From assembly GCF_963921235.1 (NCBI RefSeq), contig NC_086108.1, positions 30,382,001 to 30,446,000 of the forward strand: a DNA stretch of 64,000 nt, in the 5' to 3' direction. Made by a program: the position numbers and the translations under genes. Source of the stretch: Mobula hypostoma (taxonomy: Eukaryota). The notes beneath the pieces are model-generated. The model did no database searches, was not told the origin of the DNA, and was given only the letters and a program-made list of their open reading frames with translations. The first letter of the stretch is position 1. Every line of letters begins with the position of its first letter. Shown here in pieces: positions 1 to 14,042 of this stretch.

Positions 1-170
1 AGCACTGAGCCTTGCGGTACCCCACTAGTCACTGCCTGCCATTCTGAAAAGGTCCCGTTTATTCCCACTCTTTGCTTCCTGTCTGCCAACCAATTCTCTA
101 TGCACATCAATACCTTACCCCCAATACCGTGTACTTTAAGTTTGCGCACTAATCTCCTGTGTGGGACCTT
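1..170 (-). mobile_element. CR1 LINE RT fragment (truncated by window edge)
   Basis: Nearly identical to 10079-10248, which encodes the CR1 RT segment KVPH...QGSVL on the minus strand. Confidence 0.85.
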
Positions 171-1371
171 GACAGACACATGGTTTTGGACACTGGACGA
201 GCTTTGTTGTGCCCGCAGAAAGGTGGGTTTTTGGAGGATCGGTCAGGAGAATCGATCAATGGCTCTCGCAATGTGGAGAAGGTGTGACTGGTGGGGAGTC
301 ACTCGTGTGTTCAACCCTCGCCTGGGTTGATAATTCCACCACAGAAGAACAGTCCCCTTTTGTTGTGGTCACATTCGATGACTTTAAAGGAAGAGAAGAG
401 AGGAGAGAAAGTTTGAAACAGGAGAAACCTAGTGACAAAGAGGTCACTGTTTGGACTCTCTCTCTGAGTAGCCCGTAAGGGTGAGTTTGATTCCATTCGA
501 ATACGACAGTGTGGTTGTTGCATAGTTAATCCACAAGAGTGGGTTCTCTGGTGAGGGGAGTACATTTGTGAATACCGTTTGTGTGTTACCCTTGTTTGGG
601 TGTGGTAGTTCACCGAAGAAAGGCACCCCTGTGGCAAATTACTGTTGGAGTTATTTCGTATGTCTTGGAACTGGATAAGTGGCTATCACAGTTGTGTGTT
701 TGGGGTAACCTTGTGTGGAAACTACCTGGGTGTGATAATCCTTGCCTGGGTTGGTAGTTTTACCACTTGAAGAGGGTCCCCTTAGTGATAGACTACTGTT
801 GGTGATAATTCCTACGTGGATTCTGTTGGAGTATCCTGTGGCCACCACTTTGGAATGACCTGTAGCTGAATTTGGGTGTGGTACCACTTGTGTTGAAAGG
901 ATATTTGTTGAAGATCACTGTCGGTGATACTTCATGTGTGGAGTGGAACAGCTTCAGAGATAAAATCTACCACTATTGTTATTCTGTATTGCTGTCGTGG
1001 AAACTGTGGAATATCGACATAATTCCCTTCTCACAACATTCACCTTTGGATTACAAACATCTCGCATTAATTAACCTGAAGAATTAAATATCTCTCTGTC
1101 TCCATCACTACTCAACTTAATACCACAAACTGAACTGAACTTTACTTGTCATTGTAAGACTACCTATTTACCCCTAGACTCAAAGAAGCTTGATTTTCAT
1201 ATATTTCTACACTTACTTATATATAATCATTGCTAATCTGTTTTGATTTATCTGTATTTATATTACTGTATTGTGTAGTTACAAATAAATACCATTAGTT
1301 AATAGCAATACTGGACTCCAAAGTGTTTTCCATTTCTGCTGGTTCTATAACCCGTCACAGGGTACGTGACA
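171..1371 (+). mobile_element. Probable long LTR (3' portion) of an LTR retrotransposon
   Basis: Non-coding. AATAAA at 1284-1289 is followed ~80 nt later by a terminal TGACA (1367-1371). Abrupt junction with CR1 at 170/171. The 5' TG terminus was not found. Confidence 0.5.
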
Positions 1372-1860
1372 GGGACTCATACACAGAACACTGAGAGACA
1401 TATTCTCACTCAAGGTAGCAGCAAATGGCCAGACCTACCTAGCGGAGGCAAGGGCACAAAGAGACAGTTCACTACACCAGGTAGCGGCAAACGGCCAGAC
1501 CTACCTAGTGATGGTGTGGACACAGAGACAGTTCAAAACAACGATAGACAGTTCCTTATCTTGCTCCAGCAGTTGAACTTGACACAGTGCAAGCAAGGGT
1601 TACAGGCAAGGCCAGGCTTCAGACACTGGTTGCAAGGCAAGGCTTCAGGTGGAAAGGGCCAAGAAGGGATTCAGATAGGGAATTTTGACAGGAACAATCC
1701 AGCCACCAAGCCCTGGTCTCCGGAGGTATTTATGTGTCTGCCCAAATGAGAATCATGTGCCTTCATTAGAGCACCCAACAGAACAATGGAAAACCTGGAA
1801 TACGGATCAATGGACCTGACTGTGAACCGGAATGCAGACTGCACGGACCAGAACATGACA
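1372..1860 (-). mobile_element. Partial LTR related to the solo LTR at 21743-22422
   Basis: Minus strand starts TGTCATGTTC, like the GGTCATGTTC start of the 21.7-kb solo LTR. It contains an internal direct repeat AGGTAGC.GCAAA.GGCCAGACCTACCTAG at ~1413 and ~1479. Confidence 0.5.
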
Positions 1861-1889
1861 GGAACCTGAACAACTAGGGGTGGTGGTGG

Positions 1890-2700
1890 GAGGATATAAT
1901 TGACGGAATATGTTCTCGATTTATTGAAGGTAGCAGGGGAAGTTGAAGTTGCAGAAAAGGCATATGACAACCCAGGCTTTGATAAATAAAAGCAACGAGT
2001 ACAAGGAAATTGTGGTAAGCCTTTATGAAGTACTGGACAGGCCAGAATTGGAGTATTGTTTCCAATTCTGTGTATTACAATCTAGGAAAGAGGTAAGGGC
2101 TTTTGAGAGGGTGAAGGCAAGAATTACCAAAAGAAGTCATGAAAAAAAGGTCACCAACCCAAACACAAACCAGTTGGTCTTTGAACAGATGCTGCTTGAC
2201 TGGCTGAGTTCTTCCACCATTTCTGTTTTTCTTTCTGATTTCAGCATTTGCTGTTATTTTTCTATTACCAGAAGAATTCTAGAGGTGAGGGAACTATGTC
2301 AGTGGACTGGAGAAACTGGAGTTCTTCTCCTTATTACAGAAATATTATGTAGGATCTGATGGAAATATTTAAGGTCATGAAGAATATTGACAGAATAGAA
2401 AGAGAGGAACACTTTCTACTGGTGGACAGGTCAAATATCAGGGGTGATTGAATGATGGTGGTTTATAAAAAGAGGAAAAGTGATAAGAAAAACCCTTTTG
2501 GATAGCAAGCAAATATGGTCTGGAATATACTGCCAGATGCAGGAGTAGAGATATGGATTCAGAAAAGAAGCTGGTTAAGTTACAGGTTTATAGGGTGGGG
2601 ACATGTCAGGTTGATCAGCTAGATTAAGTTTCTACAAAAAAGGTAGATTTGATGGACAAAATGGTTCACCTTCCCTGCTGTAAAAATGCTATGATTTTGT
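1890..2700 (+). mobile_element. Old, degraded CR1 3' region
   Basis: The ORF at 1943 contains SLYEVLDRPELEYCFQF, matching the CR1 motif LY..LVRPHLEYCVQFW. It is interrupted by a short Penelope-type repeat near 2135-2255. Confidence 0.7.
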
Positions 2701-4879
2701 GCCTCAGTATTTCAAAATTGTTACATATAACAAGCATCCATTACAAAGCCAGTTAACAAATTTAGAATTAGCAAAAATGTAACTTTTAAAAAGAGTTATA
2801 TTTTCTTTTGCAAAACCTCTAGAACTAAGAACGACTAAATTCATTCAGCTGTGCAAAGTGAGATTCCACCAATCTTTTATTTGCTTTTGCTTCAGGCAAC
2901 GTTTGCCTAAAATTCCTCTCTCCCTAGCACAAGATCATGCGGTATAGACAACTGGCTATAGTCCAAGTAAATTCTTCCATAGTCTGATTATTCTTCCTGC
3001 TCTTAATTAAGTAAGGGTGATACTTGTCTTGTTCATGGTGGGAAATTAGTGAGTTCATGTACATGATCCTCTTGGGAGGAAGTTTCAGCAAGTGTTTAGA
3101 AAAGTGAGTATTCTGTCTTGTTTTGAATACCTACTCCTGCTGCAATAAAGAAAATTGAAACTCAGTATTCCATCGCTACTCCCTTTTCTTGCTGCAGATG
3201 GTATTCTAACTCTAGAAAGCAAAATATTCTTGGCCTGGCCACTTTCATTATGACCTGAGAACCTGTTCTGATTTCACAAGAAGGGGAGGGTGGAGTGCAA
3301 GTGTTAGTCAGAATAGTGGGGTACTGATGACCACTGTAGTTGTTAGGTCTGTTGGTATTTGTCTGGGAGCTATGTCTAGCCACGAATGTCATCTTCAACA
3401 GTTCAAAGTGTGAGTCATATATAACCTTTTATTTCTTGAGACTTTGACTTGAACAACTTCTTTGATTAACATAATAACATTGCATTTTCTTTTCCATTCT
3501 TTCACTTTCTTACACCCACCTTGGTTCCATTCATCCTTCTCATTACTTTAACATTGTATCTAGATGGCTCAATTAATGTGTTCCCCATGCCCCTAGGCAG
3601 CAGTATCACCAACTGTGTTACCAATTGGATCACAGACAATCTTTTTGATTTTGCTCCCTTCATTGCAAGTTTAGGACATGTCTGATATCTCATTTTAAAT
3701 GATCCCTCACCTGAAATAATAAGCCCATTTCCCCCTCTGCAGGCATGCTAAGTATGCCCAAAATTCAACATTTTACCGAAAATTTCCAGCATCTACAAGT
3801 TTTGATTCACTTTCTGAATTAATCATGCCACATACAGTAAATCATTGAACCAACTTCTGCCTGAATACAAGATGCATACATAACAGCTCATGAACTTACA
3901 CACTTGTTCAGTTGTGGTACATTGGCTGATCTCTCATTTACCATATGTGTGTCATCTTGCTAGAGTGGATCTAATTTTCAGGATGAACTATAATCATCAC
4001 CCCACATCCAAGGTCATTCCATCATTGAGGTACAGCATGATGACAATGCTTGGAGTCAACACACCAGCCATCCTTTAATGAAAAATATGAAAAGCTGGAC
4101 CTTACACTAAATGCCCAAAAGAAAGTTCTCTACCAACAGTTTCTTCTATTCCATTATATTTCCCTCCTCTTTGCCCCAGTAATAATCAAAAACCATGCTA
4201 TAATCGATAAAAAGCATTCTTACAATGTTTTGCTGTTATCTGGGTAATCTAAAGCCATTTGGAGAGCCAGTGAGGTTGCATCCACTGTAAACTTGTGGTG
4301 GAAGACAAGTTGCAGGGCTTCCACATCCTTGCTCAGGCAGGAATTGATTCTAGCCATGACCAACTCACAATAAATATGAGTGCTACTGGGCAATAGTCAC
4401 CTACTCTTCTTGGGCACCACTATAGTTCTGCCATTTTAAAGCAGATGGGAACCTCACACCGAAGCAGTGGAAGATTGAGGATGTCCTGGAACACTTCCGC
4501 CAGTTACTCAGCACAGGTTTTCTGTTCCCAGCCAGGTACCCTATCGGGGCCTGACCCTCTGTGAGGGAGTACTGTCTTGAAAGATGTTCTGACATTGACC
4601 TCTGAGACAGAGGTCACAGGGTGCTGTAGAGATTGACATGGCTGTTGTGTTATTCCTTCTTTCGAAGTGGAAAAGGCATTGAGCTCATTGGGGAGTGACG
4701 CATCACTGCCATTTACACTGCTAAATTTCACCTTCTCTGAAGGAATGGAATGCAAACACCATCACATCTGTTGTACATCCGACTGTCCCTCTGACTTCAT
4801 ATGGAGCTGCCTTTTTGCTCTCAAGGAGGCCTTCTGAACCTGGTACTTGGACTTCTTCTAGGGTTCTGGATCATTAGTC

Positions 4880-5180
4880 TTGAACACCACAGATCTAGCC
4901 TTCAGCAGTCCATGAACCTCTGGATTCATCCCAGGCTTCTGGTTCAAGAAAACTTGGCATGTTCTCAAAGGCACACACTCATCCACGCAAGTCTTCATGA
5001 AGTCTGTGACAGCCATGGCACGTTCAGTCAGATCCGAAGATAGATCCTGGAATATGATTCAGTCCACTGATTCAAAGCAATTCTGTAAGTGCTCTTCCAC
5101 TTCCCTTGACCATACCTTCGCTATCTTCACCACTGGTGCTGCGGACCTCAGTCTCTGCCTATATACCAGGAGTAGAAATG
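4880..5180 (-). mobile_element. Rex1/Babar LINE ORF2 fragment
   Basis: Minus-strand translation gives ...CFESVD.IIFQD...FMKTCVDECVP...NQKPWMN, homologous to the 6950-7210 region of the Rex1 element. Confidence 0.65.
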
Positions 5181-5789
5181 AAGCCCGGTGACCGAGCTTG
5201 CGAATGTGTAGCCATGGGATGGCACAGTATGAGAATGGTTAAGTTTCAAATTTATTTAACTTTGGTTATGCTACAGCTAGAGAATCTTGTGGGTTGGAAG
5301 GACATGCTGGTACTGGTGAGGGGCAGAGGAGATTCACTACAACGTGGTCTGGCATGCAATATTTCAGTTAGGTAGGTTGGAACAGAAAAGGCTGAGAGGG
5401 TCCTCATAGAGATTTGAAAAATTATGAAGAAGATAGATAGGGTGTACAGTAACATGTTTCATCCCAACTCAGAGAATGTCTGATGAGGCCGACACAAACC
5501 CTGCCTCAATTTGGACATGGATTTCCGAAGGTGATGGGTGGATGATCAATTATGTGCAAAAGTGCAGAGAATGGAAGAGTAGAGAAGACCAGTAAGTATG
5601 AGTCGATCAGAGTAAAACATAAAAGACGCGTTGATCTAATAATGAGTGCTGTAGCCTTTCAGTGAAGTCTGCATGGAGTTTGCATGTTTTCCCTGTGACC
5701 ATGTGTCTTTCCCCAGAGTGCTGTTTCCTCGTACATCCTAAAAAATGCACTAATAGATTAATTATTCTACAGAATGTATTTCTGTAACT

Positions 5790-6260
5790 TCTTGTAAACA
5801 CTCCCCTCCATTTCATCCTCACCTTTTTATCTTTTTCAGCTTTTCGCCCCCATTCTGATGGCCCTCTCACCCCTCCTCTTCTCCTACCCCGCTCTCATGA
5901 CCTGCCCATCACCTCCCTCTGGTTTCCTCCCTCCTTTTGTTTACTCCATGCTCTACTGTCCTCTCCCACCAGATTCCTTCTTCTTCAACTTGTTACCTCT
6001 TCCATCTATAACCTCCCAGCTTCTCGCATCAAACCCCCCTTACACACCTCCCCCTTCACCTGGTCTCACCTATTACCTGCCAGATTGTACACCCCACCCT
6101 CACCCCACCATCATATTCTGGCTCCTTTCCAGTCCTGATAAAGGGTCTCAGCTTGAAATGCTGGCTGCCTGTTCCACTCCATAGATGCTGTTTGATCATT
6201 TGAGCTCTTCTAGTCTTTTGTGTGCATTGCTCAAACTTTTCAGTATGTGCAGAATCTCTT
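5790..6260. repeat. Penelope-derived non-autonomous repeat with decayed hammerhead motif
   Basis: A CT-rich body is followed by CAGTCCTGATAAAGGGTCTCAGCTTGAAATG (6130-6160) and the recurring CCATAGATGCTG...GAGCTCTTCTAG terminus seen in many copies in this window. Confidence 0.6.
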
Positions 6261-6339
6261 GTGTCTGTGAGACTGATGGGGTTGTTCTTCAGTGATTCAA
6301 CATGGAAGCAATGTATCTGTGTTGCAAAAAGTAGGAAGG

Positions 6340-9300
6340 TATATTTATTCATGAGAGAAAACATTTTATATTTCACACAAAGAAGGCTTATGGATTGCAA
6401 CGTCATGTTTTTTACGGAGACGTGGCTAAACACTGATGTCCCAAATGACGTGGTGGAACTGGAAGGGCGTAGGGTCTTCAGGGCTGACAGAGCTACAACA
6501 GTGACTGGTCAAAGTAGCGGAGGTGATTTATGCATCTACGTGAATCAACCATGGTTCACTAACTCTACTATTGCTGACACTTATTGCTCTGCTGATCTGG
6601 AATACTTGACTATTAAGTGCAGACCTTTTTATCAACCGCAAGAGTTTACATGCATCATTGCTGTCGCAGTTTATGTTCCATTGGATGCTAATGCTAAAGT
6701 AGCCATGAAAGTCCTCAGTGCTGCTATTAGCAAGCTGCAGACATTGCACCCAGACGGAGCCTATATTGTCACTGGGGACTTTAATCATTGTAACCTACAT
6801 ACCGTGCTTCCAAGATTTTACCAAAATGTATCATACACCACAAGGGGAAATAAAACCTTAGGTCATGTCTATACAAATATGGCTGACACTTACAAAGCCA
6901 CTACCCTCCCCCACCTGGGACAGTCCGACCATCTTTCAGTGTTTTTATGCTTCTCAAGTATAGCCCGGTCATTAAACATGTGAAACCCACAATGAAGACT
7001 ATTAAGATCTGGCTGCAGGGTGCTGACTCTGCTCTTCAGCACCAATTCCAGCACACAGACTGGAGCACATTTGCTGCCCATGCCACCACAGACTCTCAGA
7101 TTAACATTGATTTATATACCAACTCTGTCCTTGAGCACATCAACAAGTGTGTAGATAGAGTGACATCACAAAAACAAATAAAATTTTTCCCCAATCAGAA
7201 ACCATGGATGACAGAGAGATTCGCCTCCTGCTCAAAGCCAGAGATTCAACCTGGAGGTCTGGAGACCGGGAGGCTTACAGCTCAACCAGGGCCAACTTGA
7301 GGAGGGGAATCTTTCAGGCTAAACACATATACAAACAGAGAATCGAGGAGCATTTCAACTCCTCGGACGCCCAGCACATGTGGCAAGGCATACCAGTTAT
7401 TAGAGACTTCAAACCACCTAATACTGTGCCCCCTTCCAGCTCTGCTTCCCTCCCTGCTGAGCTCAATTACTTCTACGCTCACATTGACCGAGAGAACAAG
7501 GAGGTCACCCTCAAAGTGGCTCTCCCACCTGGTGAACTGCCTCTCTCACTTTCCACCTCTAATGTTTACGCCACCCTGAGCAGGTTGAATGTACGGAAGG
7601 CAACTGGTCTGGATGGAATACCTGGACGTGTGCTCAGAGTCTGTGCAGGGCAGTTGGCCAGGGTCTTCACGGACATTTTCAATCTGTCCCTGGACCAGGC
7701 AGTTGTCCCCACAAGTTTCAAGATTGCCACCATCGTGCCAGTGACAAAGCATTTCACTGCCACGGGCCTGAATGACCTCCACCTATTTGCACTCACCCCC
7801 ATCATTACAAAGTGCTTTGAGAAACTGGTTCTATCACATCTGAAATCCTGTCTGCCCACTACCCTGGATCCCATCAATTTGCCTATCACACCAACAGGTC
7901 AACAGAGGACTCCATCTCCACGGCACTTCACTCTGCCCTGACCCACCTGGACAGCCCCGACTCTTATGACAGAATGCTGTTCATTGACCTTAGTTCGGCA
8001 TTCAATACTGTGATCCCCTCCAAGCTGATCGGCAAACTTCACCAGCTTGGTGTCAGCTAATCCCTCTGCAATTGGACTTTGGACTTTCTGACTAACAGAC
8101 CCCAATCAGTTAAGTCAGACAAACTCTCCTCCTCCACTCTCACCCTGAACACCGGCGTGCCTCAAGGCTGTGTGCTGAGCCCTCTTCTGTACTCCCTTTT
8201 CACCTATGACTGCATTCCTGTACATGGTTCTAACTCCATAATCAAGTTCGCAGACGACACCAGGGTGGTTGACCTGATCAGAGGGGATGACGAGACGGCC
8301 TACAGGAATGAGGTCCAGCACCTGGCCACGTGGTGTGTTGACAACAACCTGGCCCTTAACACCCAGAAGACCAAGGAGATCATTGTGGACTTCAGGCATG
8401 CTAGGAGCCACACTCACGTCCCCATCTACATCAACGGAGCTGTAGTGGAGCGTGTATCAAGCTTCAAATTCCTTGGTGTCCACATTTCCAAATCTCACCT
8501 GGTCTCTGAACTCCTCCATCCTGATCAAAAAGGCGCAACAGTGCCTTTATTTCCTGCGGAGCATCAAGAAAGCTCACCTCTGTCCCAGGGTACTGACGGA
8601 CTTTTACCGCTGTACCATTGAGAGCATACTCACCAACTGCATCTCAGTGTGGTATGACAATTGTTCCGTATCGGAACGCAAAACACTCCAGCGTGTGGTG
8701 AAAATTGCCCAGTGGATTATCAGCACCCAATTGCCACCATTGAGAACATCTACCATGAACGCTGCCTGGGCAGGGCAAAAAGCATTATCAAGGATGCATC
8801 TTACCCTAACCATGGACTTTTTACTCTCCTCCCATCTGGTAGGCGCTACAGGAGCCTCCGCTCCCGCACCAGCAGGCACAGGAAGAGCTTCTTCCCTGAG
8901 GCTGTGACCCTGCTGAACCTCACATCACAGCACTAAGCAGTATTGCACCCATATTGTACTGTCTCAGTACTTTTATATTTGTGTGCTGTAGCACTTACTT
9001 TTTATTCGCAGTTATTTTGTAAATAACACCACTCTTTGCATTTCTGTTTAGATGCTAACTGCATTTCATTGGCTTTAAACATAGAAACATAGAAAATAGG
9101 TGCAGGAGTAGGCCATTCAGCTCTTCAAGCCTGCACTGCCATTCAGTATGATCATGGCTGATCATCCAACTCAGAACCCTGTACCAGCCTTCCCCCCATA
9201 CCCCCTGATCCCTTTAGCCACAAGGGCCATATCCTACTCCCTCTTAAATATAGCCAATGAACTGGCCTCAACTGTTTCCTGTGGCAGAGAATTCCACAGA

Positions 9301-10996
9301 TTCACCACTCTCTTTGTGAAGAAGTTTTTCCTAATCTCGGTCCTAAAAGGCTTCCCCTTTATCCTCAAACTGTAACCCCTTGTTCTGGACTTCCCCAACA
9401 TCGGGAACAATCTTCCTGCATCTAGCCTGTCCGATCCCTTTAGGATTTTATACGTTTCAATCAGATCCCCCCTCACTCTTCTAAATTCCAAAGAGTATAA
9501 GCCTAGTTCATCTAGTCTTTCATCATATGAAAGACCTGCCATCCCAGGAATCAATCTGGTGAACCTTCTTTGTACTCCCTGTATGGCAAGGATGTCTTTC
9601 CTCAGATTAGGGGACCAAAACTGCACACAATACTCCAGGTGTGGTCTCACCAAGGCCTTGTACAACTACAGTAGTACCTCACTGCTCCTGTACTCGAATC
9701 CTCTTGCTATAAATGCCAGCATACCATTCGCCTTTTTCACCGCCTGCTGTACCTGCATGCCCACTTTCAATGACTGGTGTATAATGACACCCAGGTCTTG
9801 TTGCACCTCCCCTTTTCCTAATCGGCCACCATTCAGATAATAATCTGTTTTCCTGTTTTTGCCACCAAAGTGGATAACTTCACATTTATCCACATTAAAT
9901 TGCATCTGCCATGAATTTGCCCACTCACCTAACTTATCCAAGTCACCCTGCATCCTCTTAGCATCCTCCTCACAGCTAACACTGCCACCCAGCTTCGTGT
10001 CATCTGCAAACTTGGAGATGCTGCATTTAATTCCCTCATCCAAGTCATTAATATATATTGTAAACAGCTGGGGTCCCAGCACTGAGCCTTGCGGTCCCCC
10101 ACTAGTCACTGCCTGCCATTCTGAAAAGGTCCCGTTTATTCCCACTCTTTGCTTCCTGTCTGCCAACCAATTCTCTATACACATCAATACCATACCCCCA
10201 ATACCGTGTGCTTTAAGTTTACACACTAATCTCCTGTGTGGGACCTTGTCAAAAGCCTTTTGAAAATCCAAATATACCACATCCACTGGTTCTCCCCTAT
10301 CCACTCTACTAGTTACATCCTCAAAAAATTCTATGAGATTCGTCAGACATGATTTTCCTTTCACAAATCCATGCTGACTTTGTCCGATGATTTCACTGCT
10401 TTCCAAATGTGCTGTTATCACATCTTTGATAACTGACTCTAACAGTTTCCCCACCACCGATGTTAGGCTAACCGGTCTATAATTCCCTGGTTTCTCTCTC
10501 CCTCCTTTTTTAAAAAGTGGGGTTACATTAGCCACCCTTCAATCCTCAGGAACTAGTCCAGAATCTAAAGAGTTTTGAAAAATTATCACTAATGCATCCA
10601 CTATTTCTTGGGCTACTTCCTTAAGCACTCTGGGATGCAGACCATCTGGCCCTGGGGATTTATCTGCCTTCAATCCCTTCAATTTACCTAACACCCCTTC
10701 CCTACTAACATGTATTTCCCTCAGTTCCTCCATCTCACTGGATCCTCTGTCCCCTACTATTTCTGGAAGATTATTTATGTCCTCCTTAGTAAAGACAGAA
10801 CCAAAGTAATTATTCAATTGGTCTGCCATGTCCTTGTTCCCCATAATCAATTCACCTGTTTCTGTCTGTAGGGGACCTACATTTGTCTTAACCAATCTTT
10901 TTCTTTTCACATATCTATAAAAGCTTTTACAGTCACTTTTTATGTTTGTATCTGTACTCAGCACAATGACAATAAAGTTGAATCTAATCTAATCTA
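6340..10996 (+). mobile_element. Rex1/Babar non-LTR retrotransposon (APE endonuclease + RT), frameshifted, with a CR1 inserted in its 3' UTR
   Basis: APE motifs FTETWL, GDFN, SDH (6222-6983). RT motifs [15 protein letters not shown] and KFADD (8079-8621). Several frameshifts. The 3' UTR resumes after the CR1 at 10948 and ends with AATAAA and an (AATCT)n tail at ~10996. Confidence 0.92.
9077..10947 (-). mobile_element. 5'-truncated CR1 LINE (RT and C-terminal region)
   Basis: Motifs KSPGPDGLHPRVLKE, NYRPVSLTS, YLDFQKAFDKVPH, QGSVLGP, FADD, LVRPHLEYCVQFW. Only in-frame stops separate the three ORFs. An (AAACATAG)-type tail lies at 9077-9094. Confidence 0.95.
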
Positions 10997-11840
10997 AACC
11001 TAAAATGCTGCAATTGCAGTGGATTGATAAGGACGAAACTTGGTCTTTTGATTGATATTTTGAGTAGGCTTTGGGCTTTAGAATCCTTTCTTTTGTCCTT
11101 TAGCATCTGACAGGCAGAGATTTACTTTTCACACAGAAATTAACAAGAGGAAACTACAGCGTGTGTCTGGCATGGTGTAGCTGGGATGAAAGGAGGGTGG
11201 TGGGTGGAAAGCAGAGGTGGAGAAGCACAGAACACTGCTCATTTCACTTTCTTCTCCTAAATGAGATTGCTTGAAGGCTTTCTCCATAACGCTGGTTAGT
11301 TTCACTGTAGCTCTTTGTTTCTTTTTCTGGAGTGGGGCAGGGGGAAATCTTGCCATACTATTGAAATTCAGTTGTATATGGAATTCTTAGATTTAAGCCT
11401 GTTGTTTTTTTTTCTACTTTTATATATCTGTGATCCTAACTAGAGCACAAATATATAAAAATAGAGAAGCTACATTTTCCCACTTTTTGTTCAGTAACTT
11501 GTTCACCCAGACTCTCAAGTGACTCAACCAGGGCTGAAGAATAAGTAGGTAATTAAACCCTTTCCCAACTGTACCAACTTGCACTGCTTTGAGTATGAAC
11601 TGTCAATAATCATGGTACTTCTAAGGAAAAAGTGCAAGAAAAAATTTTCAGGGCAGATTAATGGCATATTTCTGTGGATGAGAAGGTATTAAATATAATC
11701 CTACTATTTAAGAAAGGAAGGAGAGAGATTAACAGGGAACCACTGACCTGTAAGCCTAATATCAGTGAGAGGAAAGTGATAGAATCTGTAACAAAGGATG
11801 AAGTAACGAAACACCTTGAAATAAGTAATCCTTCCTTCTT

Positions 11841-12076
11841 TCCTTTCATGTCGCACCAGACAGTCAGCCATTCTTGTCTTGGTCTCCTTTCGGATTAACT
11901 GGGTCACGATATGAACGTTTCTGACTCAACCCTTGTTTTTTATGAGGCCAAGTGGTTAGCTCGACGTTCAACCCGGCATAGATGGGAAGCTTGCTTGGGG
12001 GGTGGCCCGACTTGGATGAACTCGGGAGCCTTCTCTCCGAAGTCCGACGCTGATGCCACTGCGCCACCAGCTGGCC
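11841..12076 (-). mobile_element. tRNA-derived SINE
   Basis: The minus strand starts GGCCAGCTGG, then an A box (TGGCGCAGTGG) and a B-box-like GAGTTCATCC at Pol III spacing, followed by a non-tRNA body. Confidence 0.65.
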
Positions 12077-12774
12077 AAAATGAGTAATAGGAGTTGGCAG
12101 AAAGAAAACCAAAATTGACTATTAGATTGTCAGTCTTCTTGGGTGGATTTAGTGCATCTCAATAATCTGTTTTAAAAATAGATCAGAAACTTCTTTCTGG
12201 TATCAAGGTTGATATTTACTCCTTAGTCAGTAATTCATGCTAATTATCTATCCATTACCATATTTCAAAGTTTATTCAAGTGGTCAGATTTCCTACATTG
12301 TAATGCGGACTATGCTTTAAGTGCATTCCATTGGCTGCAAAGGATTTTGGCACATTCTGTGGGCTATCCTATGTCAGCTTGAGCCATTATTTTCCTTTTG
12401 CGGTTGAGTCAAAAAAGTCAGGCGGTCATACCACTTGAGAAACATCGAGCACAGTGTAGAAAACTGTTCAAAACAGTGCAGGAGAGCCAGTGGAACTGTT
12501 GAGCGGGAGGACATGAACTGACTGAGAGATTTGAAGGGATGGTACGAGGCAGTAAACTGAGTATTTTATCACAGGAAATAAAAAGATTTCAGATGTAGTT
12601 ACTGGGGAAAAACATCAGGTGGTTGATGCTGAGATACATCCTGGGTGCACTGGGACACATTATCAGTGATGGAGCCTGGTGTGTTTCATGTCTTCCATTG
12701 TTAATCTATGGAGTAGACATATCCAAAAATAAATTGTTGCGATACAGCACGTGAATAATTTGAATCATGACATT

Positions 12775-13150
12775 GTCAAGTCAAGTTTATTTTCATTTAA
12801 CTATATACATGTATATTACCATATATTGTATATAGAAACGGGACAATGTTTCTCCAAACCAAGGTGTAAAGCACAGTAGTACACATGCACAATGACTTAT
12901 GAAGGTAAGGATAAAGTCTACAGATGAATCACACATAAATCACAAAGTAAAGTGCATTGCATTAATATTAAATATTGTAAGGTACAGAACAGATTAACCA
13001 GTGGCACTTGCGGCAGAGAGCTCAGATGTCCAGTGGCCTGGGGGAAGAAACTGTTTCTCATCCTAACCATTCTTCTTTTTATGCATCATAGTCGCCTGCC
13101 TGACAGTACCAAAAGCTAAAGAGGGTGCTGGGTGGATGAGTGGGATCCTT
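12775..13150 (-). mobile_element. Rex1/Babar 3' end
   Basis: Minus strand has the NSFFPQA motif (AACAGTTTCTTCCCCCAGGCC), AATAAA and a (CTTGA)n tail. Confidence 0.6.
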
Positions 13151-13179
13151 TTAAAAAAACGAAGCTTAAAAAATGAAGA

Positions 13180-14042
13180 TTTCATTTCCAAGATCATTCT
13201 TGTGAACCTCCTCTGGACCTTCCCTGGGTCAGCACATTGTTCCTTAGATAAGGGGCTCAAAATTTCTCACAATATTCCAAAGAAGGTCTGATCAATGCTT
13301 TGTAAAACCTCAGCAATATATTCCAGCTTCTCTATTCTAGCCCTCTCAAAACGAGTACTAGCATTGCATTTTCCTCCTACCAACTCAGCCTGCATGTTAA
13401 CCTGAAAGGAATCTTGAACCCAGACTACAAAGACCCCTTTCAGCACTGATTTCTGAATTCTATCGCCATTTAGAAACTAATCTATAATCCATTCTTCCAA
13501 CCTAATTGCTCAACCTTACACTGTATTCCATTTGCAACATTTTTGCCCACACTCCTAACCTGTCCAAATCCTTCTACAGACTCTCTCCTTAGCAGTCTGT
13601 TCCTCCTCCTTTCTTTGTATCATCTGCAAACATGACCACAATATCTTGAGCTCCTTCATCTAGATCATTAATGTATAAAGTAAAAAGTGGTCATCCCAAA
13701 ACTGACCTCTGTGGAACTCCACTAGTCACTCGCAGTGACCCTGAAAAGGACCCATTAGGGCATCTTTCTGACATCAGCTAATGTTCTATCCATGATAGTC
13801 CTTCGGCTCAAGCACATTGTTTAGCACTCCTGTTGAAGGCCTTTTGAAAATTGAAATAAATAATGTCCATTGAATCTCCTTGGTCTAACCTACTTGTTAC
13901 CTTCTCAAAGAATTCTATTAGGTTTGTCAGATAAGACCTCTCCTTAATAAAACCATGCTGACTTTACCCTGTTTTGTCATGTTCCAAGTGTAATAATGAA
14001 CTTCAAAATCTTAACAACCATTGAGGTCAGGCTAAGTGGCCT
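13180..14042 (-). mobile_element. Degraded CR1 RT fragment
   Basis: Collinear with 9545-10480 by eye, including VQRRFTRMI and the QHGFIK region. Confidence 0.75.

Noticed and set aside
2896..3102. Possible exon (acceptor TTTTGCTTCAG, donor AA|GTGAGT)
   Set aside because: There is no convincing reading frame or partner exon. It could be non-coding but cannot be supported without RNA data.
11841..12076. tRNA gene
   Set aside because: A and B boxes are present, but there is no complete cloverleaf and a SINE body follows.
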